Below are positions 28,616 through 32,000 of a DNA stretch of 32,000 bases, in pieces; the first letter of the stretch is position 1, and each line of letters opens with the position of its first letter. This DNA is from Candidatus Hermodarchaeota archaeon. Lineage in GTDB: Archaea; Asgardarchaeota; Heimdallarchaeia; Hodarchaeales; Hodarchaeaceae. The stretch lies in NCBI GenBank assembly GCA_048886185.1, contig JBHLKY010000022.1, positions 20,774 to 52,773 of the forward strand. The letters run 5' to 3'. Made by a program: the position numbers and the translations under genes. A model generated the notes under the pieces. That model was given only the letters and a program-made list of their open reading frames with translations. It was not told the origin of the DNA and did not search any database.

Positions 28616-31600
28616 GTGGTTACAACAGTAATTCCACTCAAAAAACAGTATCAGGTTACCACTATATTGCTGATTCTCTCTCTGATTGCTAGTGTAATTC
28701 CCACTAATCTGTTATTTCCACTTTCAAATGGTCAAATTTCTTCAGAAAAGGGTGATAATTCTAATTCAATCTCAACTACATTCTCACAAATACCTAGGTT
28801 AATGACTATCTGTAATGATAGTTTTATAGGTTCGGCCTTTAGAAAAGAGAATAGTTCAGAATTATCTAAAAAAAATCAAGAGAACAACTCTCTAACAAAA
28901 TTTGTTATTGGAAGTCAATCAGGAGTTGGAAGTGGAAGCTATGAAGCTAAGGACTCCGCTATTCTGTCTAGTAACACAAACCTCGATGTAGAAGATGGCC
29001 ATTGGCGTTCACAACCAGAAGAACACCAAAATAGCATTACAATTACTATCCCATCAGGTTTCACAAACAAATCGGGGTATTTTAACATTAATGAGGTTAC
29101 AGCATTACCTGATTGGCGATTAGTTGAAAATGAAACTACAGGAATGACCCAAAGACAATCAGATTCGTTTTATGAGGGTGCCCAAGAATTCATAGTTGAA
29201 GAAACAGACCTTAATCTCACCAAAATTAATTTATTTATCGATATGATTGATACTAACGATATGGATGACCAGAAACCTAATGGAGAATTTTTGGTTGTTA
29301 GCGATAACTCAGGGGAGCCAAATTCAACAGATGTTATAGGAAAAATAACCCTAGAGACCCATCCCACTTTAGCAGGTCTCTCAGATGGAGGTAGCTGGAG
29401 CGCACCAACGAACGGGTGGTTACAATACACATTTTCTCCTGCGATACATCTGTCAAAAGGAACCTTCTGGTTTATTCTCAATGGCACTGGAGAAGGAGGT
29501 GCTGGCTATTGGCGTTGGTATACAGTCTCAGATGGTAGTGGAAATCCTGATAAGGGAGAGTGGGACTTTAAACTCGGATCACACTCAGGATCTTGGTCCG
29601 AATGGCCTAATGTTGACATGGTGATCATGCCTCAAGTATTACCTGTGGAATTTATTAGTTCATCATATGTCAATAAAAAGTACTCTTCCCCACAGTCTCT
29701 AGAGTTTATCTACCGAACTTCCATTGATGATACGAATTTAGCTTCATTTTCTTGGTTCCAATGGAATGGAACATCTGATAATATTCATTATTTTTTAACA
29801 AATACATCTATAAATCTCACACTCAGTTGGAGGATTAATATTACAGATTTAAATAATCCCCTATCTGTACTTTCATCTTATTTGACAAATAATGCTAGTA
29901 TTACAATCTGGAACTTGACTTTTTCGACTTCAAGTATATCAACTAGCTATAAAATCCGCAATCGGACCATTATCGTTGATGGCCTTGAAAATGATTGGAA
30001 TAGTAGTTCTATTTATCTTGATAATATATTAGAATATAATACATCTATATCAAGTGGATTAAATGCCTCTGTAACATATTCCAATCAGTCTAGCTCGATG
30101 GTTATTAATGCTTCATCGCTAGCAGCAGCTAAAAACTGGAAGGTTTCATTTGACTCTCCTAATTACCTCTTGGACTTCATAATTTCCAAGGAAGCTATTC
30201 CACTTTCATTACCATATAAAATTTTCAATATGAATGAATATAACTTAACTTTTGTAGTAGGGGATCCTGGTAATCTTACTTATTGGATTGACTACCCTAA
30301 TGGTTCCCAAGTTCTCCAGAAGAATAATATTAATAACGCTCAAACAACGATTACGGATCTCTGGAATGTCAACAGCACCCTAGATCAAACGACATATGTG
30401 AATGGAACATACAATCTTCAAGCCTTCTGGAATAACAGTGATAAGACAAAAGTAGGAACTTATACTCGTGTGGTAGATGTCTTCATCAATACATCCTTTT
30501 CTGTTCAAGCTGATTCACAGGTTGTGGTTGGTCATTTATTTAATGTTTCTGCATACTATACTTGCGTTCATAACAGTAGTGATATCCAAGATGCGTTAAT
30601 TTTCTGTGAGAGTAACTGGACTGAAAATGTCTATATGAATCAGATAGCTAGTTCCTATTATAACGCTTCATTTAATACAGATGGGCGAAACGCTGGAGAA
30701 ACAGGTACTATTATAATAACAACATTATTACCTTGGTTTGTTAACTGGACACAAGAGATTTATGTCAAATTTGTAAGAGCAACTAGCATTGAGGCTCGAG
30801 ATGCTATCAATAATACATTATTGGCTAATGAGACGAGTACATACTATCGACGTTATTCAGCAGCTTTTTATGATAACTTTTCTATTTACATTAGCTACTA
30901 TGACGAATTAACAAGTTCATCTTTGAATATGACAACAAATCCAACAATTGAAAGTGATGGTTCAATTTTTGTTTACAAGAAAAAAGATCCAGTCAGCTAT
31001 AACTGGACATTTGAATTCAATGGATCCATGGTTGGGAGCTTCCTCATCAATATCACCTTTAGCTTGGATAATTACACCTCTTCAACTTTTCAGATCCGAT
31101 ATGTGATTAGTCGGGCTGATACGGCAATTATCAGTGAAATAAAGGAAACGAATATTTTTTGGAGTAACTCTTATGATTTTGCGCTTATTGTCAACAATAC
31201 AAACTATAACGAGAATATCACTTTGTATACGAGTGACAAAATTGATATTAATGATACTGGCAAAATACAGTTCCTCAATCAGCAGGGAGACAAATATTGG
31301 TTCCGCTTTGCACCTACACTACTTTCAATAGACATCTACAGTATAAAAATTAAATTTTTCCATGATTATCTTTATAACTCTTCCATTACAGTTAGTTTTA
31401 CTGTAATAGCCCGCCCAACAAATATTGAGTCCCGAGATGCTCTTAACAACAGTTTGCTGATAAATACGACAAGTACTTATTCTCACCACTTCTCAGCTAG
31501 TCATTCAGACAACTTTTCTATAGTTATTAGTTATTATGATCAAGGGACTTCAGCGATATTGAACATGACTGCTGATCCAATAGTTGAAAGTGATGGTTCA

Positions 31601-32000
31601 ATTCTTATTTATAAAAGAAAGGATCCAGTCAGCTATAACTGGACATTTGAATTCAATGGATCCATGGTTGGGAGCTTCCTCATCAATATCACCTTTAGCT
31701 TAGATAATTACACCTCTTCAACTTTTCAAATCCGATATGTGATTAGTCGGGCTGATACGGCAATTATCAGTGACATAAAAGAAACGAGTATTTTCTGGAA
31801 TAACTCTTATGATTTTGCGCTTATTGCCAACAACACCAACTATAACGAGAATATCACTCTGTATACGAGTGAAAATATTGATATTAATGATACTGGGAAA
31901 ATAGAGTTCCTCAATCAGCAGGGAGACAAATATTGGTTCCGCTTCGCTCCTACAGTTATTCCAATTGGTACTTATAGCTTTAATATTACATTTTCCCATA
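28616..32000 (+). CDS. Very large predicted secreted/surface glycoprotein, 3'-truncated by the window; absent from the ORF track
   Basis: Manual translation from GTG 28616 gives 1128 codons with no stop to CAT at 31997-31999. N-terminal K-K then hydrophobic ILLILSLIASVIP; S/T/N-rich beta-strand character; about 57 N-x-S/T sequons by hand count. Confidence 0.85.
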   Translation, partial: MVTTVIPLKKQYQVTTILLILSLIASVIPTNLLFPLSNGQISSEKGDNSNSISTTFSQIPRLMTICNDSFIGSAFRKENSSELSKKNQENNSLTKFVIGSQSGVGSGSYEAKDSAILSSNTNLDVEDGHWRSQPEEHQNSITITIPSGFTNKSGYFNINEVTALPDWRLVENETTGMTQRQSDSFYEGAQEFIVEETDLNLTKINLFIDMIDTNDMDDQKPNGEFLVVSDNSGEPNSTDVIGKITLETHPTLAGLSDGGSWSAPTNGWLQYTFSPAIHLSKGTFWFILNGTGEGGAGYWRWYTVSDGSGNPDKGEWDFKLGSHSGSWSEWPNVDMVIMPQVLPVEFISSSYVNKKYSSPQSLEFIYRTSIDDTNLASFSWFQWNGTSDNIHYFLTNTSINLTLSWRINITDLNNPLSVLSSYLTNNASITIWNLTFSTSSISTSYKIRNRTIIVDGLENDWNSSSIYLDNILEYNTSISSGLNASVTYSNQSSSMVINASSLAAAKNWKVSFDSPNYLLDFIISKEAIPLSLPYKIFNMNEYNLTFVVGDPGNLTYWIDYPNGSQVLQKNNINNAQTTITDLWNVNSTLDQTTYVNGTYNLQAFWNNSDKTKVGTYTRVVDVFINTSFSVQADSQVVVGHLFNVSAYYTCVHNSSDIQDALIFCESNWTENVYMNQIASSYYNASFNTDGRNAGETGTIIITTLLPWFVNWTQEIYVKFVRATSIEARDAINNTLLANETSTYYRRYSAAFYDNFSIYISYYDELTSSSLNMTTNPTIESDGSIFVYKKKDPVSYNWTFEFNGSMVGSFLINITFSLDNYTSSTFQIRYVISRADTAIISEIKETNIFWSNSYDFALIVNNTNYNENITLYTSDKIDINDTGKIQFLNQQGDKYWFRFAPTLLSIDIYSIKIKFFHDYLYNSSITVSFTVIARPTNIESRDALNNSLLINTTSTYSHHFSASHSDNFSIVISYYDQGTSAILNMTADPIVESDGSILIYKRKDPVSYNWTFEFNGSMVGSFLINITFSLDNYTSSTFQIRYVISRADTAIISDIKETSIFWNNSYDFALIANNTNYNENITLYTSENIDINDTGKIEFLNQQGDKYWFRFAPTVIPIGTYSFNITFSH
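30779..32000 (+). repeat. In-frame tandem repeat, 636-bp (212-aa) period; second copy cut by the window end
   Basis: 30986-31065 is identical to 31622-31701. GGGAGACAAATATTGG occurs at 31285 and 31921 (offset 636). Units begin ATSIEARDA (30779) and PTNIESRDA (31415). Confidence 0.93.

Noticed and set aside
29170-29624. Track ORFs 29170-29487 (-) and 29385-29624 (+) as real genes
   Set aside because: Shadow frames of the long stop-free ORF starting at 28616
30986-31946. CRISPR array or IS-related repeat
   Set aside because: Only two long coding copies at a 636-bp period; no short repeat-spacer pattern and no transposase
31718-31999. Track ORF on the minus strand at the window end
   Set aside because: Antisense to the repeat region of the surface protein; no motif support
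30779-32000. Template/variable repeat pair of a diversity-generating retroelement
   Set aside because: Copies are adjacent and in frame, differences are not confined to adenines, and no reverse transcriptase is in the window
1-32000. tRNA or rRNA genes
   Set aside because: No GC-rich structured segment or cloverleaf seen in any intergenic gap; not verified with a covariance model

Overview
AT-rich (roughly one-third GC by eye), gene-dense prokaryotic window, most likely archaeal and plausibly Asgard/Heimdallarchaeia-like. That assignment is inferred from an archaeal class II GAPDH-like gene, GGTGA/GAGGT ribosome-binding motifs and a huge sequon-rich surface protein. Most of the window is a glycoside-catabolism neighbourhood: two GH5, GH20, GH3, GH116, a GH161-like glucan phosphorylase, a GHL10-like TIM-barrel, a PfkB kinase, DeoC, a GAPDH-like enzyme, a HAD phosphatase, an AKR and an SDR. 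It also carries an ABC-2 exporter operon and a striking 1,200-aa fusion of a tandem FtsX/MacB-type permease with an OppD/DppD-type ATPase ending in a 4-Cys motif. The ORF track misses a stop-free reading frame of at least 1,128 codons (28616 to the window end). It encodes a predicted heavily N-glycosylated surface protein with a 636-bp tandem repeat of patchy identity. A small internally deleted SDR relic and a perfect palindrome over a TATA-like box were also found. No rRNA, tRNA, CRISPR array or transposase was recognised. All family calls come from motif recognition by eye, not from database searches.
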